Assembly: GCA_017470145.1 (NCBI GenBank)
Contig: JAFUFB010000029.1
Span: forward strand, 8,766 to 72,765
Direction: 5' to 3'
DNA: 64,000 nt
Origin: Clostridia bacterium
GTDB taxonomy: Bacteria > Bacillota > Clostridia > Christensenellales > Aristaeellaceae
The notes beneath the pieces were generated by a model that saw only the letters and a program-made list of their open reading frames with translations, made no database searches and had not been told where the DNA came from. Shown piece after piece: positions 1 to 10,013 of the stretch. Numbering within the stretch: the first letter of the stretch is position 1; each line of letters starts with the position of its first letter. A program made the position numbers and the translations under genes.

Positions 1-829
1 CCCACCAGCGGTCCTCGCTCCTCAGCACCTGAACCGTGGCGCGGCCTTCCTGCAGCAGCTCATTGACCACGAAGGGAAGGAAGAATTCCCCCTTGAGGGG
101 ATTCTCTCGCAGGGTGGCATCCAGGAAGGCGGGGAAGCGGGCTTCCAGCTCCCGCAGCAGGGAAGGAGTAAAGCCCCACATATTCATGGAGACGGGGCTA
201 TCCGCGGGCAGTAGACGATAGGTTTCCCCATCCTCGGTATACAGGGGGCCATCGCAGCTGGAGATGATATGGGTCCGTTCGTGAATATCCTTCAGGGCGC
301 CCTGATCATCCACCTCGCAGACACCCCGGGCCACATAGCCATTCTCGGTCAGGGTGTTCTTCAGATAATAGGCCACCATCATGTAGCGCAGCTTATCGTC
401 ATCCTGGGCGCGAATCAGGGCGTCATAGGCCTGCTGGAAGGCCCGGGGGCCATAATAATCATCTGCGTTGATGACGGCGAAGGGGGCATCGATCAAATCC
501 TTACAGCAGAGGACGGCGTGGCCGGTGCCAAAGGGCTTTACCCGGCCCTCTGGCACGGCGTAGCCCTCCGGCAGGGCGTCCAGCTCCTGGAAGGCGTAGG
601 AGACCTGGATATGCTGGGCGATGCGATCCCCCACCAGGCGCTTGAAATCCGCTTCGATGGCGTGCTTAATCAGGAAGATGACTCGCTTGAAGCCGGCGCG
701 CTTGGCGTCGAAGACGCTGTAATCCAAAATGGCTTCACCATGGGGGCCTACGGGGTCCATCTGCTTCAGCCCGCCGTAGCGGCTGCCCATGCCGGCAGCC
801 ATGATGAGAAGAATGGGTTCCTTATTCAT
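1..829 (-). CDS. Sugar-phosphate nucleotidyltransferase (NTP_transferase family); runs off the window edge
   Basis: Manual translation of the minus strand from ATG at 829: MNKEPILLIMAAGMGSRYGGLKQMDPVGPHGEAILDYSVFDAKRAGF..., containing the AAGxGSR nucleotidyltransferase motif; not in the ORF track because the stop lies outside the window. Confidence 0.85.
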   Translation of the reverse strand, partial: MNKEPILLIMAAGMGSRYGGLKQMDPVGPHGEAILDYSVFDAKRAGFKRVIFLIKHAIEADFKRLVGDRIAQHIQVSYAFQELDALPEGYAVPEGRVKPFGTGHAVLCCKDLIDAPFAVINADDYYGPRAFQQAYDALIRAQDDDKLRYMMVAYYLKNTLTENGYVARGVCEVDDQGALKDIHERTHIISSCDGPLYTEDGETYRLLPADSPVSMNMWGFTPSLLRELEARFPAFLDATLRENPLKGEFFLPFVVNELLQEGRATVQVLRSEDRWW

Positions 830-888
830 CGATCAATAAACCTTTCTATGGAAAAATCGTTTGGGGGAGGGAAAAAGTTCCTTTGAGC

Positions 889-2370
889 CTATTTATGATA
901 CAGCTTATGGGTCTGATAAGCGGGATCGCAGGTCAGGTTCAGGCCCAGGCGACGGAAGGTATTATCGTCCACCGCGGGAAGAATCACCGTGGAATGGGCC
1001 TCGCAGCCCTTCAGCAGGGGCAGCATAGAGAGGGCCTTGGCGGCGGTGGGGTTCATGGCGGCGGAGACGGACAGGGCCACCAGCACCTCGTCGGAATGGA
1101 GCCGGGGATTATGGTTCCCCAGATATTTACACTTTAATTCCTGCACGGGCTCAATCACGTTCCGGGAGAGGAGCAGGGTCTGCTTATCGATGCCGCCCAG
1201 GCGTTTCACCGCGTTGAGCACCACGGCGGCGGAGGGGCCTAAGAGATCGGTGGTCTTGCCGGTAACGATCTGCCCATCCGGCAGCTCAATGGCCAGGGCG
1301 GGCTGCCCGGTGAGCTCCGCTTTTTCACGGGCGGCGGCGATGACGGGGCGGAGATCATCGTTGATGTCCATGTTCTTCATCAACAGATTGATCTTCTCGC
1401 TCTCCTCCTTGGTGGCGTGCCCCTGGAGATAGCTGCAGCGGGCAGAATAATAGCGGCGGAGAATCTCCCGCCGGGCGGCCTCCCGGCAGACCTCGTCGTC
1501 CGAGATGCAGAAGCCCGCCATGTTGACCCCCATATCCGTGGGGCTCTTGTAGGGAGAATAGCCCCACATCCGCTCGAACAGGGCGTTGAGCACAGGGAAG
1601 ATCTCGATATCCCGATTATAATTCACCGTGGTTTCTTGATAAGCCTCCAGGTGATAGGGGTCGATCATGTTCACGTCGCTAAGATCGGCAGTGGCGGCCT
1701 CGTAGGCCACGTTCACCGGGTGCTTCAGGGGGAGATTCCAGATGGGGAAGGTTTCGAACTTGGCGTATCCTGCCCGGACACCCCGGCGGTTTTCCTGATA
1801 CACCTGGCTGAGGCAGGTGGCCATCTTGCCGGAGCCAGGGCCTGGCGCGGTGACCAGAATCAGGGGCCGGGAAGTTTCCACATATTCATTGCGGCCGAAG
1901 CCCTCGTCGGACACGATATGGTCCACATCGGAGGGGTAGCCCTCGATGGTATAATGGCGGAAGGTATGGATCCCCAGGGCGTTCAGCCGCTGCTCGAAGG
2001 CTACGGCAGCGGGCTGAGCGGCGTACCGGGTCAGCACCACGGAGCCTACGTATAGCCCGATGCCCCGGAAGGCGTCGATGAGCCGGAGGGTATCCGCGTC
2101 ATAGGTAATGCCCAGATCACCCCGGACCTTGCTCTTCTCGATATCGTCCGCGTTGAGGACGATGATGATCTCCTCCTGATCCTTCAGCCGCAGCAGCATC
2201 TGCATCTTGCTGTCCGGCTGGAACCCAGGCAGCACCCGGCTGGCGTGGAAATCGTCAAACAGCTTTCCCCCCAGCTCCAGATACAGCTTGCCGCCAAATT
2301 TCTCGATCCGCTCCAGAATGTGTTCCGATTGCATCCGGGTATACTTGTCATGATCAAACCCGATCTTCAT
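889..2370 (-). CDS. DUF1846 / UPF0371 family protein
   Basis: 493 aa; MKIGFD...LYLELGGKLFDDFHASRVLPGF, GPGSGKMATCLSQ, YAKFETFPIWNLPLKHPVN are characteristic of DUF1846. Confidence 0.85.
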   Translation of the reverse strand: MKIGFDHDKYTRMQSEHILERIEKFGGKLYLELGGKLFDDFHASRVLPGFQPDSKMQMLLRLKDQEEIIIVLNADDIEKSKVRGDLGITYDADTLRLIDAFRGIGLYVGSVVLTRYAAQPAAVAFEQRLNALGIHTFRHYTIEGYPSDVDHIVSDEGFGRNEYVETSRPLILVTAPGPGSGKMATCLSQVYQENRRGVRAGYAKFETFPIWNLPLKHPVNVAYEAATADLSDVNMIDPYHLEAYQETTVNYNRDIEIFPVLNALFERMWGYSPYKSPTDMGVNMAGFCISDDEVCREAARREILRRYYSARCSYLQGHATKEESEKINLLMKNMDINDDLRPVIAAAREKAELTGQPALAIELPDGQIVTGKTTDLLGPSAAVVLNAVKRLGGIDKQTLLLSRNVIEPVQELKCKYLGNHNPRLHSDEVLVALSVSAAMNPTAAKALSMLPLLKGCEAHSTVILPAVDDNTFRRLGLNLTCDPAYQTHKLYHK

Positions 2371-2452
2371 GCCTGCCTCCCTCGTCTTCCTTCCAGGAAT
2401 ATGCCAACCATTCTATTTTATGCGCAGATTGAAAATGGGTCAAGATTTTCTC

Positions 2453-2481
2453 TTGCATTTTGGCAGAAAAAACAGTATACT
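2453..2481 (+). promoter_or_regulatory. SigA-type promoter for SRP RNA
   Basis: TTGCAT(2453-2458)-N17-TATACT(2476-2481) directly upstream of the SRP RNA 5' end. Confidence 0.7.
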
Positions 2482-2488
2482 TCTTTCT

Positions 2489-2614
2489 GCCGCGAATGCG
2501 ATGACGATTGGGTCCCGTGCGATCCATCGGCGTGAACCCTGTCAGGTCCTGACGGAAGCAGCAGTAAGCGTTAGCTGGGTGTGCTGCGGGGTTGCCCGGT
2601 CTGAGCATTGGCGG
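2489..2614 (+). ncRNA. ffs: Signal recognition particle RNA, short (4.5S-like) form
   Basis: Domain IV core GAACCCTGTCAGGTCC-TGAC-GGAAGCAGCAGTAAGC; 5' ccgcgaatgc pairs with 3' gcattggcgg; promoter upstream and T-run downstream. Confidence 0.9.
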
Positions 2615-2711
2615 TTTTTTTGTTGTTTTTCAGTCGCGAGAGATGTATTGGTATGCTATACTGAGTTTTAGCCGCGCGGGGAAGCGCGGGAAAGCGAGGA
2701 GGAGTAAAAAG

Positions 2712-3947
2712 ATGGAACTGGACATCATCCGCGGGGCGGACCCGGAAGTGACGGAAGCGATTGAGCTGGAGCTGAACCGGCAAAGGACCCATATTGAGCT
2801 GATTGCCAGCGAGAATTTCGTCTCCCCGGCGGTTATGGCAGCTATGGGAACCTGCCTGACGAACAAATACGCCGAGGGCTATCCGGGCAAAAGGTATTAC
2901 GGCGGATGCCAGTTCGTGGATATTGTGGAGAATCTGGCCCGGGACCGGGCCTGTCAGCTCTTCGGGGCGGAGCACGCCAATGTGCAGCCCCACAGCGGCG
3001 CCCAGGCTAACATGGCGGTATATTTTGCCATGCTGAAGCCCGGGGACACCGTGATGGGTCTGAGCCTGTCCAACGGCGGGCATCTGACCCACGGCAGCCC
3101 CGTCAACATGAGCGGCGCCTACTTCAACTTTGTGCCCTACGGCGTCAGCCCGGACACGGAGGTCATCGACTACGATGAGGTGCGCCGCATCGCCCTGGAA
3201 TGCAAGCCGAAGATGATCGTCTCCGGCGCCAGTGCCTATCCCCGGATCATCGACTTCGCGAAGCTGAAGGAGATCGCGGACGAGGTGGGCGCCCTGCTGA
3301 TGATTGACATGGCTCACATCGCCGGCCTGGTGGCCACAGGAGAGCATCCCAGCCCCGTGCCTTACGCGGACTTTGTGACCACCACCACCCATAAGACCCT
3401 GCGGGGTCCCCGGGGCGGTATGATCCTCTGCAAGGAGGAATACGCCAAGGCCATCGACAAGGCTATCTTCCCCGGCACCCAGGGCGGCCCCCTGGAGCAC
3501 ATCATCGCCGCCAAGGCGGTTTGCTTCGGCGAGGCGTTGAAGCCGGAATTCAAGGAATATCAGCACCAGATCATCCTGAACGCCAAAGCTATGGAGGAGC
3601 AGTTCCGCCAGGAAGGGGTTCGGATGGTTTCCGGCGGCACGGATAATCACCTGCTGCTGCTGGACTTCACCGGCACGGAGATGACCGGCAAGCAGATGGA
3701 AGCCCTGCTGGAGGACGCAAACATCACCACCAACAAGAATACCGTACCCAACGAGACTCGCAGCCCCTTCGTGACCAGCGGCCTGCGGGTCGGCACTCCC
3801 GCAGCCACCACGCGGGGATTGAAGGAGGCGGAATTCCGCCAGGTGGCCGCCTGGATTGCCCGCATCCTGCGGGAAGGGGAGGCCGCCGTGCCGGAGGTGA
3901 AGGCTCAGGTGGAAGCCCTGATGGTGAACTATCCGTTGTATGCTTAA
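2712..3947 (+). CDS. glyA: Serine hydroxymethyltransferase
   Basis: [36 protein letters not shown] (PLP lysine); ATG at 2712 after GGAGGAG RBS. Confidence 0.97.
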   Translation: MELDIIRGADPEVTEAIELELNRQRTHIELIASENFVSPAVMAAMGTCLTNKYAEGYPGKRYYGGCQFVDIVENLARDRACQLFGAEHANVQPHSGAQANMAVYFAMLKPGDTVMGLSLSNGGHLTHGSPVNMSGAYFNFVPYGVSPDTEVIDYDEVRRIALECKPKMIVSGASAYPRIIDFAKLKEIADEVGALLMIDMAHIAGLVATGEHPSPVPYADFVTTTTHKTLRGPRGGMILCKEEYAKAIDKAIFPGTQGGPLEHIIAAKAVCFGEALKPEFKEYQHQIILNAKAMEEQFRQEGVRMVSGGTDNHLLLLDFTGTEMTGKQMEALLEDANITTNKNTVPNETRSPFVTSGLRVGTPAATTRGLKEAEFRQVAAWIARILREGEAAVPEVKAQVEALMVNYPLYA

Positions 3948-3965
3948 AGCGCATGGCGAAGGCTT

Positions 3966-4152
3966 TTTCCACGCCCCCGCTCCACGGGGAGCGGTTTGCA
4001 TTACATATTTTTTCACGCCCCTGCTCCGCGGGGGTGTTTTTGCTGATCCAATTTCTCTGCCCCGCGGGGGTAGTTCGCTACGTAAATGCTTCACTTCTCA
4101 GGGCTGCTTTCACCGTGAAAAGGGCCTGCTCCCCTGTGGGGGCGGGCTTTTT
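3966..4152. repeat. Cluster of four related GC-rich hairpins downstream of glyA (includes probable terminator)
   Basis: 3966-3999 and 4010-4043 are 26/34 identical; related hairpins at about 4052-4075 and 4120-4152, the last followed by a T-run. Confidence 0.5.
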
Positions 4153-4344
4153 CATGAAATGTTCACGGATTTCCTACAAAATAGACTTAAAAATAACCAA
4201 ATGTGATATGGCAATTGAATAAGATCCATGATAAACTATCTATGGAACTGTAGATGAACTACATATCCGCGAAATATGGAGACTGACGGGGACAATGTAA
4301 TCAGCCTTGAGTTTATGTTTTTATCGAGTGAAAGGAGGCTTACC

Positions 4345-6018
4345 GTGACTTCTCCAAAGACTGAGGAAATCGGAAAGCTGCGGATTATTTCTTTAGGCGG
4401 CGTGGATGAAATCGGCAAGAACATGACCGTCTTTGAATATGGCGATGATATTATTATTGTGGACTGCGGCAGCGTTTTCCCCAAGGAAGATATGCTGGGC
4501 GTGGACTTGGTGATTCCGGATGTGTCCTACCTGCTGAGCAAGAAGGATCATGTGCGGGGATATTTGTTTACCCACGGGCATGAGGATCACATCGGCGCCA
4601 CCCCTTATATCCTGAAGCAAATTCCCTCCCACATCTATGGTACGAAGCTGACCATGGCCCTGGTGGACCTGAAGTTGAAGGAATACCGGGTGGATCATAT
4701 TCCTATGCACGTGGTTCGGCCCCGGGATGTGGTTCAGCTGGGGTGCTTTACCTGCGAGTTTATCCACGTAAGCCACTCCATCGCCGGCGCCTGCGCCATC
4801 GCCATTACCTGCCCGGCGGGGACGGTGATTGTCAGCGGCGACTTCAAAATCGACTATACCCCCATTGATGGGCATGTGACAGACTTGCAGACCCTGGCCC
4901 GCTATGGTGAGCGGGGGGTCATGGCCCTGCTGTGCGAATCCACCAACGTGGAGCGCTCTGGATACACCATGAGCGAAATGAAGATCGGGGAGACCTTCGA
5001 CAAGATGTTCGCCCAGGCGGAGGGCCGGGTCATCGTGGCCATGTTTGCCAGCAACATTCACCGCATGCAGATGGTGATCGACAACGCCATCCGCTATGGC
5101 CGACGGGTGTGCTTTATTGGGCGCAGCATGGTGAACGTCAGCCGCGTGGCCATGAGCATCGGCGAATTGAAAATCCCCGAGGGCTGGCTGATCGACATGG
5201 ATGTGCTGGATCAGTTCCCGGATAATGAGCTGCTGGTGCTGACCACGGGCAGCCAGGGCGAGCCCATGGCGGGGCTGACCCGCATGGCCTACGCGGAGCA
5301 CCGGAAGCTGCAGATTCGCCAGAGCGACATGGTCATCATATCCGCCACTCCCATCCCCGGAAACGAGAAATTCATCTCCCGGGTCATTAACCAGCTGTAT
5401 CGGCTGGGGGCCCAGGTGGTTTACAGCACCCTGGCGGAGGTCCATGTTTCCGGCCACGCCTGCCAGGAGGAGCTGAAGCTGATGCACGCCCTGGTGCGGC
5501 CCAAATACTTCATCCCCGTTCACGGGGAATATCGCATGCTGTGGCAGCACGCGGTGCTGGCGGAAAGCATGGGCGTGGAAAGCCAGAACATCGTCATTCC
5601 CGAAATGGGCCAGGTCATTGAAATGAACATGAACTATCTGGCCCTGGGCGAGCAGGTGCCCACCGGGGGCATCCTGGTGGACGGCCTGGGGGTCGGCGAC
5701 GTGGGCAACGTGGTGCTGCGGGACCGGAAGCATCTGAGCCAGGAGGGGCTGCTGGCCATTGTGGTAGTCATCGATCGGGATCAGGAAAAGCTGGTCAGCG
5801 GGCCGGACATCGTCAGCCGCGGTTTCATCTACGTCCGGGAGAATGAGGACATCATCGACAACACCCAGGAGTTGGTGCGGGAGATTCTCAGCTCCAATAG
5901 CCTGGCGGGGGATAACTGGGCCAACCTGAAGAACATCATTAAGGATGAGGTGCATAATTACATCTTCGAGAAGATCAAGCGCAATCCCATGATCCTGCCC
6001 ATCATCCTTGATGTTTAA
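4345..6018 (+). CDS. rnj: Ribonuclease J
   Basis: LGGVDEIGKNM, THGHEDHIG, GDFKID, FASNIHR, TGSQGEP, HVSGHA, PVHGEYR motifs; GTG at 4345 after AAAGGAGG. Confidence 0.95.
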   Translation: MTSPKTEEIGKLRIISLGGVDEIGKNMTVFEYGDDIIIVDCGSVFPKEDMLGVDLVIPDVSYLLSKKDHVRGYLFTHGHEDHIGATPYILKQIPSHIYGTKLTMALVDLKLKEYRVDHIPMHVVRPRDVVQLGCFTCEFIHVSHSIAGACAIAITCPAGTVIVSGDFKIDYTPIDGHVTDLQTLARYGERGVMALLCESTNVERSGYTMSEMKIGETFDKMFAQAEGRVIVAMFASNIHRMQMVIDNAIRYGRRVCFIGRSMVNVSRVAMSIGELKIPEGWLIDMDVLDQFPDNELLVLTTGSQGEPMAGLTRMAYAEHRKLQIRQSDMVIISATPIPGNEKFISRVINQLYRLGAQVVYSTLAEVHVSGHACQEELKLMHALVRPKYFIPVHGEYRMLWQHAVLAESMGVESQNIVIPEMGQVIEMNMNYLALGEQVPTGGILVDGLGVGDVGNVVLRDRKHLSQEGLLAIVVVIDRDQEKLVSGPDIVSRGFIYVRENEDIIDNTQELVREILSSNSLAGDNWANLKNIIKDEVHNYIFEKIKRNPMILPIILDV

Positions 6019-6033
6019 GACAAATGATGATAG

Positions 6034-6070
6034 AATTCGGGAGAGGACAGCGTCCTCTCCCGAGTTTTTT
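6034..6070 (+). terminator. Intrinsic terminator-like hairpin after rnj
   Basis: aattcgggagaggac-agc-gtcctctcccgagtt followed by T-run. Confidence 0.7.
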
Positions 6071-6087
6071 AGATGGAGGGAAAGACA

Positions 6088-6429
6088 TTGGAATATTCAA
6101 CCGCCTATCGGCTGGCTGACGAAATCAAGCACAGCGAAGAATATCAAACCTACCACGCCCTGAAGGATAGCGTCATGGCGGATGAAACTCTGGCCGCCCT
6201 GATCAAGGAATTTCGCCGCATGCAGATGGCCATTCAGATGAACATGATCGCCGGGCAGCAGAACGACCCGGAGGAGATGCAGCGCTTTACCACCCTCAGC
6301 ACCCTGCTGTACGCCAAGCCGGAGGTGAGCCAATTTTTGCTGGCGGAGATGCGCTTGCAGCAGACCATGGCGGACATCATGAAAATCGTGACCGAGGCGA
6401 CGGGGCTGGATATTCAGCTGCCCGGATGA
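6088..6429 (+). CDS. YlbF/YmcA (Com_YlbF) family regulator
   Basis: AYRLADEIKHSEEYQ...FLLAEMRLQQTMADI pattern; TTG at 6088 after GGAGGG (alternative ATG at 6073). Confidence 0.75.
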   Translation: MEYSTAYRLADEIKHSEEYQTYHALKDSVMADETLAALIKEFRRMQMAIQMNMIAGQQNDPEEMQRFTTLSTLLYAKPEVSQFLLAEMRLQQTMADIMKIVTEATGLDIQLPG

Positions 6430-6439
6430 GGAGAAAACC

Positions 6440-7627
6440 TTGAAAAATCGACAGAAAGAGGATATTACCTATCGCGGTCTGTACAAGGAGCGGGAATACG
6501 GGGCCTATTGGTACAGCGCCCTCTGGCGGGTGGTGCGCCCCCTGCTGGTCGGGCTGACGGTGGCGGTCATCGTCATCGGTCTGGCCACGGCCTTGGGGAC
6601 GAAGCTATATGATGAATACATTGGCCCCATGGACGCGGAGGACGCCAGCGAGATTTATTTCGCCATCGAAAGCGGCCAGAGCCTGACTCGGGTGGCCAAC
6701 AATCTGGAGGCCGCCGGGCTGATCCACAGCAAGAGCGTCTTCAAATACTATTGTGACTTTGCCGGTATGGGGCAGAAGCTGCAGATCGGCCAATACAGCC
6801 TGAACCGGGCTATGTCTATGACGGAGATTGCCAACCAGCTGACCACAGGGGATGGGAATCCCATCGTGAGAAACATTACCCTCATCCCTGGGGAGACTAT
6901 CGAGGAATTCGCGGCCAAGCTGGTGAAAAATGGTGCGCTGGACAGCAGCGAAGCCTTCCTGGCAAAATGCCGCACAGGGGCGGATTTCCGGGATTACTAC
7001 TATGTGGACGAGGTGCTTTCCAGCGGAAATGCCAGCCAGCGAAAATACGTGCTGGAGGGATACCTGGCCCCGGACACCTACGAGATGTATGTCACCGCCA
7101 CGGCGGAGGACATCATTCGCAAGCTGCTGAGCCAGACGGAGGCGGTTTTCCCCGCGGAGACCCAGGAACGGGCCCAGGAGCTGGGCCTGACCATGGATCA
7201 AACCCTGACCCTGGCCAGCCTGATCGAGAAGGAAGCTGGGGCGGACGATTTCGCCAAGGTCAGCGCCGTGTTCCACAATCGGCTGAAGGCGGGGATGAAG
7301 CTGCAGAGCGACGTCACCATCCATTATATCACCGGCGTACGGAAAATGGCTCTGGCGGACAGCGATTTAAATGCCAACAATCCCTACAACACCTATGTGG
7401 TCTCCGGCCTGCCGGTGGGGCCCATCTGCAATCCCTCCTCTGCGGCGATCCAGGCCGCACTGAACCCGGATCCCACCTATGTGGCGGAAAACTACCTCTA
7501 CTTCTGTGCCAAGGATCCCGCCAGCGGGGATCTCTATTTTTCCCGCACCCTGGCAGAGCATGAGCAGGCGGTAGCCATCTATGCCCCCCTGTGGCGGCAG
7601 TATGACCAAAGCAGAGGGATCCAATAA
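6440..7627 (+). CDS. mltG: Endolytic transglycosylase MltG (YceG family)
   Basis: N-terminal TM; LEGYLAPDTY, LASLIEKEA (catalytic Glu), VFHNRL, LQSDVT, PYNTY..GLPVGPICNP. Confidence 0.92.
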   Translation: MKNRQKEDITYRGLYKEREYGAYWYSALWRVVRPLLVGLTVAVIVIGLATALGTKLYDEYIGPMDAEDASEIYFAIESGQSLTRVANNLEAAGLIHSKSVFKYYCDFAGMGQKLQIGQYSLNRAMSMTEIANQLTTGDGNPIVRNITLIPGETIEEFAAKLVKNGALDSSEAFLAKCRTGADFRDYYYVDEVLSSGNASQRKYVLEGYLAPDTYEMYVTATAEDIIRKLLSQTEAVFPAETQERAQELGLTMDQTLTLASLIEKEAGADDFAKVSAVFHNRLKAGMKLQSDVTIHYITGVRKMALADSDLNANNPYNTYVVSGLPVGPICNPSSAAIQAALNPDPTYVAENYLYFCAKDPASGDLYFSRTLAEHEQAVAIYAPLWRQYDQSRGIQ

Positions 7628-7631
7628 TATG

Positions 7632-7660
7632 TTGCAAAATATTTAAATCTGTGTTAAGAT
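7632..7660 (+). promoter_or_regulatory. SigA-type promoter for rex
   Basis: TTGCAA(7632-7637)-N17-TAAGAT(7655-7660) with TG extended -10. Confidence 0.55.
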
Positions 7661-7707
7661 TTGCAGCGGAATCACATCCCGGTGGGGCACCAAAGGAGCG
7701 AATCGTT

Positions 7708-8337
7708 ATGTCCGGATATGTATCAGATGCTGTTATTCGCAGACTGCCTGCGTACAATCGGCATCTGCGGGAGCTGGAAATAGAAGGCGTGGCGCAGATT
7801 TCTTCCCAGGAGCTGGGGGAAAGAATGCAACTGACCCCTTCCCAGATTCGGCAGGATATCAACAGCTTTGGCGGCTTTGGCCGGCAGGGCTATGGATACC
7901 AGGTGCATGAGCTGCGGGAGCACATCCGTAAAACCATGGGCTTGGATCAGGCGCACCGCATGATCATCGTCGGCGCGGGTCGCATGGGCAGGGCCATCGC
8001 CAACTATGCCAGCTTTGCCCGGGAGGGATTCCAGACCCTGGCCCTGTTCGACGCGGACCCGGAGAAGGGCAAATGCGCCACGGAGGAGCTGCCCATCTAT
8101 CCCGTGGAGGAAATGGCCTGGCGGGTAGAGGAGCTGGCGCCGGATATCGCCGTGCTGGCCCTGCCAGCGGAGCACGCTCAGGAGACGCTGGAGCTGCTGT
8201 ACGAAAAGGGCGTCCGCGCCATCTGGAACTTTGCGCCGGTGGATTTGCACTATCCTCGGGATATGCAGGTGGTAAACGTGCATCTCAGCGACTCCCTGCA
8301 TATTCTCAGCTATAAGATGAATCATAAGGACGACTAA
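7708..8337 (+). CDS. rex: Redox-sensing transcriptional repressor Rex
   Basis: VIRRLPAY, ISSQELG, QIRQDINSFGGFGRQGYGY, GAGRMG Rossmann motif, IWNFAP; ATG 7708 after AAAGGAG. Confidence 0.93.
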   Translation: MSGYVSDAVIRRLPAYNRHLRELEIEGVAQISSQELGERMQLTPSQIRQDINSFGGFGRQGYGYQVHELREHIRKTMGLDQAHRMIIVGAGRMGRAIANYASFAREGFQTLALFDADPEKGKCATEELPIYPVEEMAWRVEELAPDIAVLALPAEHAQETLELLYEKGVRAIWNFAPVDLHYPRDMQVVNVHLSDSLHILSYKMNHKDD

Positions 8338-9974
8338 TGGCGAAAAGAAATCGATACGAGCTATACGAAGGGGACGGAGAAATCATCGGAGAGAGGGGGG
8401 AAGCCTCCCTCTCCCTTTATGATGATTTCGATCAGCTTGCGCTGCCCTTTCCCAAGCATCCCCGAAAGAAGAAAAAAAAGCTGCGCCACAAGGGCGGCTG
8501 GGTGGCCTGCATTCTGTTTTCCCTGGCGGGTATTCTGGCCTGCGGATATATTCTGCTGCCCCAGGTGACGGGCAGCCGCTTCCGCTTCCTGCCCAATCTG
8601 GCCTTTGCCAACGGGAACATCCTGGAATATTCAGCGGAGGAATACCGCACCTTCCAGGCCTGCGTTCAGGAGATCTATACCGACGCCATCTATCCCGGGG
8701 TCTATATCGACGATCTGCAGGTCGGGGGGATGACCCGGGAGGCAGCCCTCTCCGCCCTGACGGCCCAGGCGGATTCATCCACCCAGGATTTTGATCTGAC
8801 CGTAACGATCGGGAACCAGAGCTGGCACGTGACGCCGGAGCGGGTGCCCATTCGGAGGAATGTCGCGGAGCTGGTGGAAAAGGCCTGGGCCCTGGGCCGG
8901 GGGAACACGGCAGGGCTGCGGGGGACGGGGAAGACCCCTTTCCAGGAGCGGCTGGACAAGGCATCGGACCTGCGGAGCTTTCCCGCCAGCCTGTATTCGG
9001 AGAAGACCTTTGACGCCGCTGCTCTGCGGGAGATGAGCCAGGGCATCGCCAACTATGTGAACCGGGATCCGGTCAACAGCATGGTGGCCACCTTCGACTT
9101 CGGCACCAAGACCTTCACCTTCACGGAGGATGTGCCCGGGGCTTATCTGGACCCGGAGGAGCTCTACAGCCGCATCGCGGAGAAGCTGAACGCCGGGGAC
9201 TATATTAACACCATCTTCCTGACCCCGGAAAAGCGCATCGCCGACGTCACGAAGACGGAGCTGATGAACAGCTTCGGGCTCATCTCTTCCTATACGACAT
9301 CCACCACGAACAACAATAACCGGAACACCAATATCAATCTCAGCGCCCAGGCCATCAACGGGACCACGGTGCTGCCCGGGGAGATTTTTAGCTTCAACGC
9401 AGCTACGGGGGAGCGCACTGCGGAGAAGGGATACAAGCCGGCGGCGGCCATTTCCGGCGGCCAGAGCCGGGACGAGATTGGCGGAGGCGTTTGCCAGACC
9501 AGCAGCACCCTGTTCAACGCCGTTGCCCGGGCGGATCTGGAAATCGTGGATCGCAGCCCCCATGCCTGGCCCTCCAATTATGTAGAAAAGGGATTCGACG
9601 CCACCGTCAACTGGCCGGGGCTGGATTTCAAATTCAAGAACAACACGGACTGGCCCATTTTCATCATCGCGGCCTACAAGGATCGAAAGGTTTCCGTCAG
9701 CGTATATGGCATGAGCCTGGGGGTGGATACCTCCATTGACCTGGAGAGCGTCACCACCCGCACTATTCCCCAACCGGAGGGGACCAATTATGTCATCAAC
9801 ACCAGCCTAAAGGTGGGGGAGAGCAAAAAGACCGTCACGGGGCGCAAGGGCTACGTGGTAGAAACCTGGAAGGTTTGGCAGCAAAACGGCCGGGAAACCC
9901 GCCGGGAGCTGCTGTGCACCTCGACCTATAAGGCCTATCAGGAGACCATCGAGTATAATCCCATCTCCAACTGA
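8337..9974 (+). CDS. VanW-family membrane-anchored protein (putative peptidoglycan-binding, VanW and G5 domains)
   Basis: N-terminal TM; RNTNINLSAQAINGTTVLPGEIFSFN, GGGVCQTSSTLFNA, DATV, DFKFKN; C-terminal G5-like segment. Confidence 0.85.
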   Translation: MAKRNRYELYEGDGEIIGERGEASLSLYDDFDQLALPFPKHPRKKKKKLRHKGGWVACILFSLAGILACGYILLPQVTGSRFRFLPNLAFANGNILEYSAEEYRTFQACVQEIYTDAIYPGVYIDDLQVGGMTREAALSALTAQADSSTQDFDLTVTIGNQSWHVTPERVPIRRNVAELVEKAWALGRGNTAGLRGTGKTPFQERLDKASDLRSFPASLYSEKTFDAAALREMSQGIANYVNRDPVNSMVATFDFGTKTFTFTEDVPGAYLDPEELYSRIAEKLNAGDYINTIFLTPEKRIADVTKTELMNSFGLISSYTTSTTNNNNRNTNINLSAQAINGTTVLPGEIFSFNAATGERTAEKGYKPAAAISGGQSRDEIGGGVCQTSSTLFNAVARADLEIVDRSPHAWPSNYVEKGFDATVNWPGLDFKFKNNTDWPIFIIAAYKDRKVSVSVYGMSLGVDTSIDLESVTTRTIPQPEGTNYVINTSLKVGESKKTVTGRKGYVVETWKVWQQNGRETRRELLCTSTYKAYQETIEYNPISN

Positions 9975-9987
9975 ATGTCACCTTTCC

Positions 9988-10013
9988 AGACCCCGGCGCT
10001 TTGCCGGGGTTTT
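9988..10013 (+). terminator. Intrinsic terminator
   Basis: agaccccggc-gcttt-gccggggtttt just after the stop codon. Confidence 0.6.

Noticed and set aside
269-886. 205-aa plus-strand ORF in the ORF track
   Set aside because: Antisense to the recognisable nucleotidyltransferase on the minus strand
2615-2711. ZTP or glycine riboswitch upstream of glyA
   Set aside because: The structured RNA upstream is explained by SRP RNA; no riboswitch consensus recognised in the remaining ~95 nt
3966-4152. Possible degenerate CRISPR array
   Set aside because: Units are poorly conserved, the first spacers are only about 10 nt, and no cas genes are present
7632-7649. Rex operator overlapping the rex promoter
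   Set aside because: TTGCAAAATATTTAAATC matches only 9 of 14 positions of TTGTTAA-N4-TTAACAA; too weak to call
8337-9974. VanW protein as evidence for a vancomycin resistance cluster
   Set aside because: No vanHAX/vanRS genes; VanW-domain proteins are common cell-wall proteins in Clostridia
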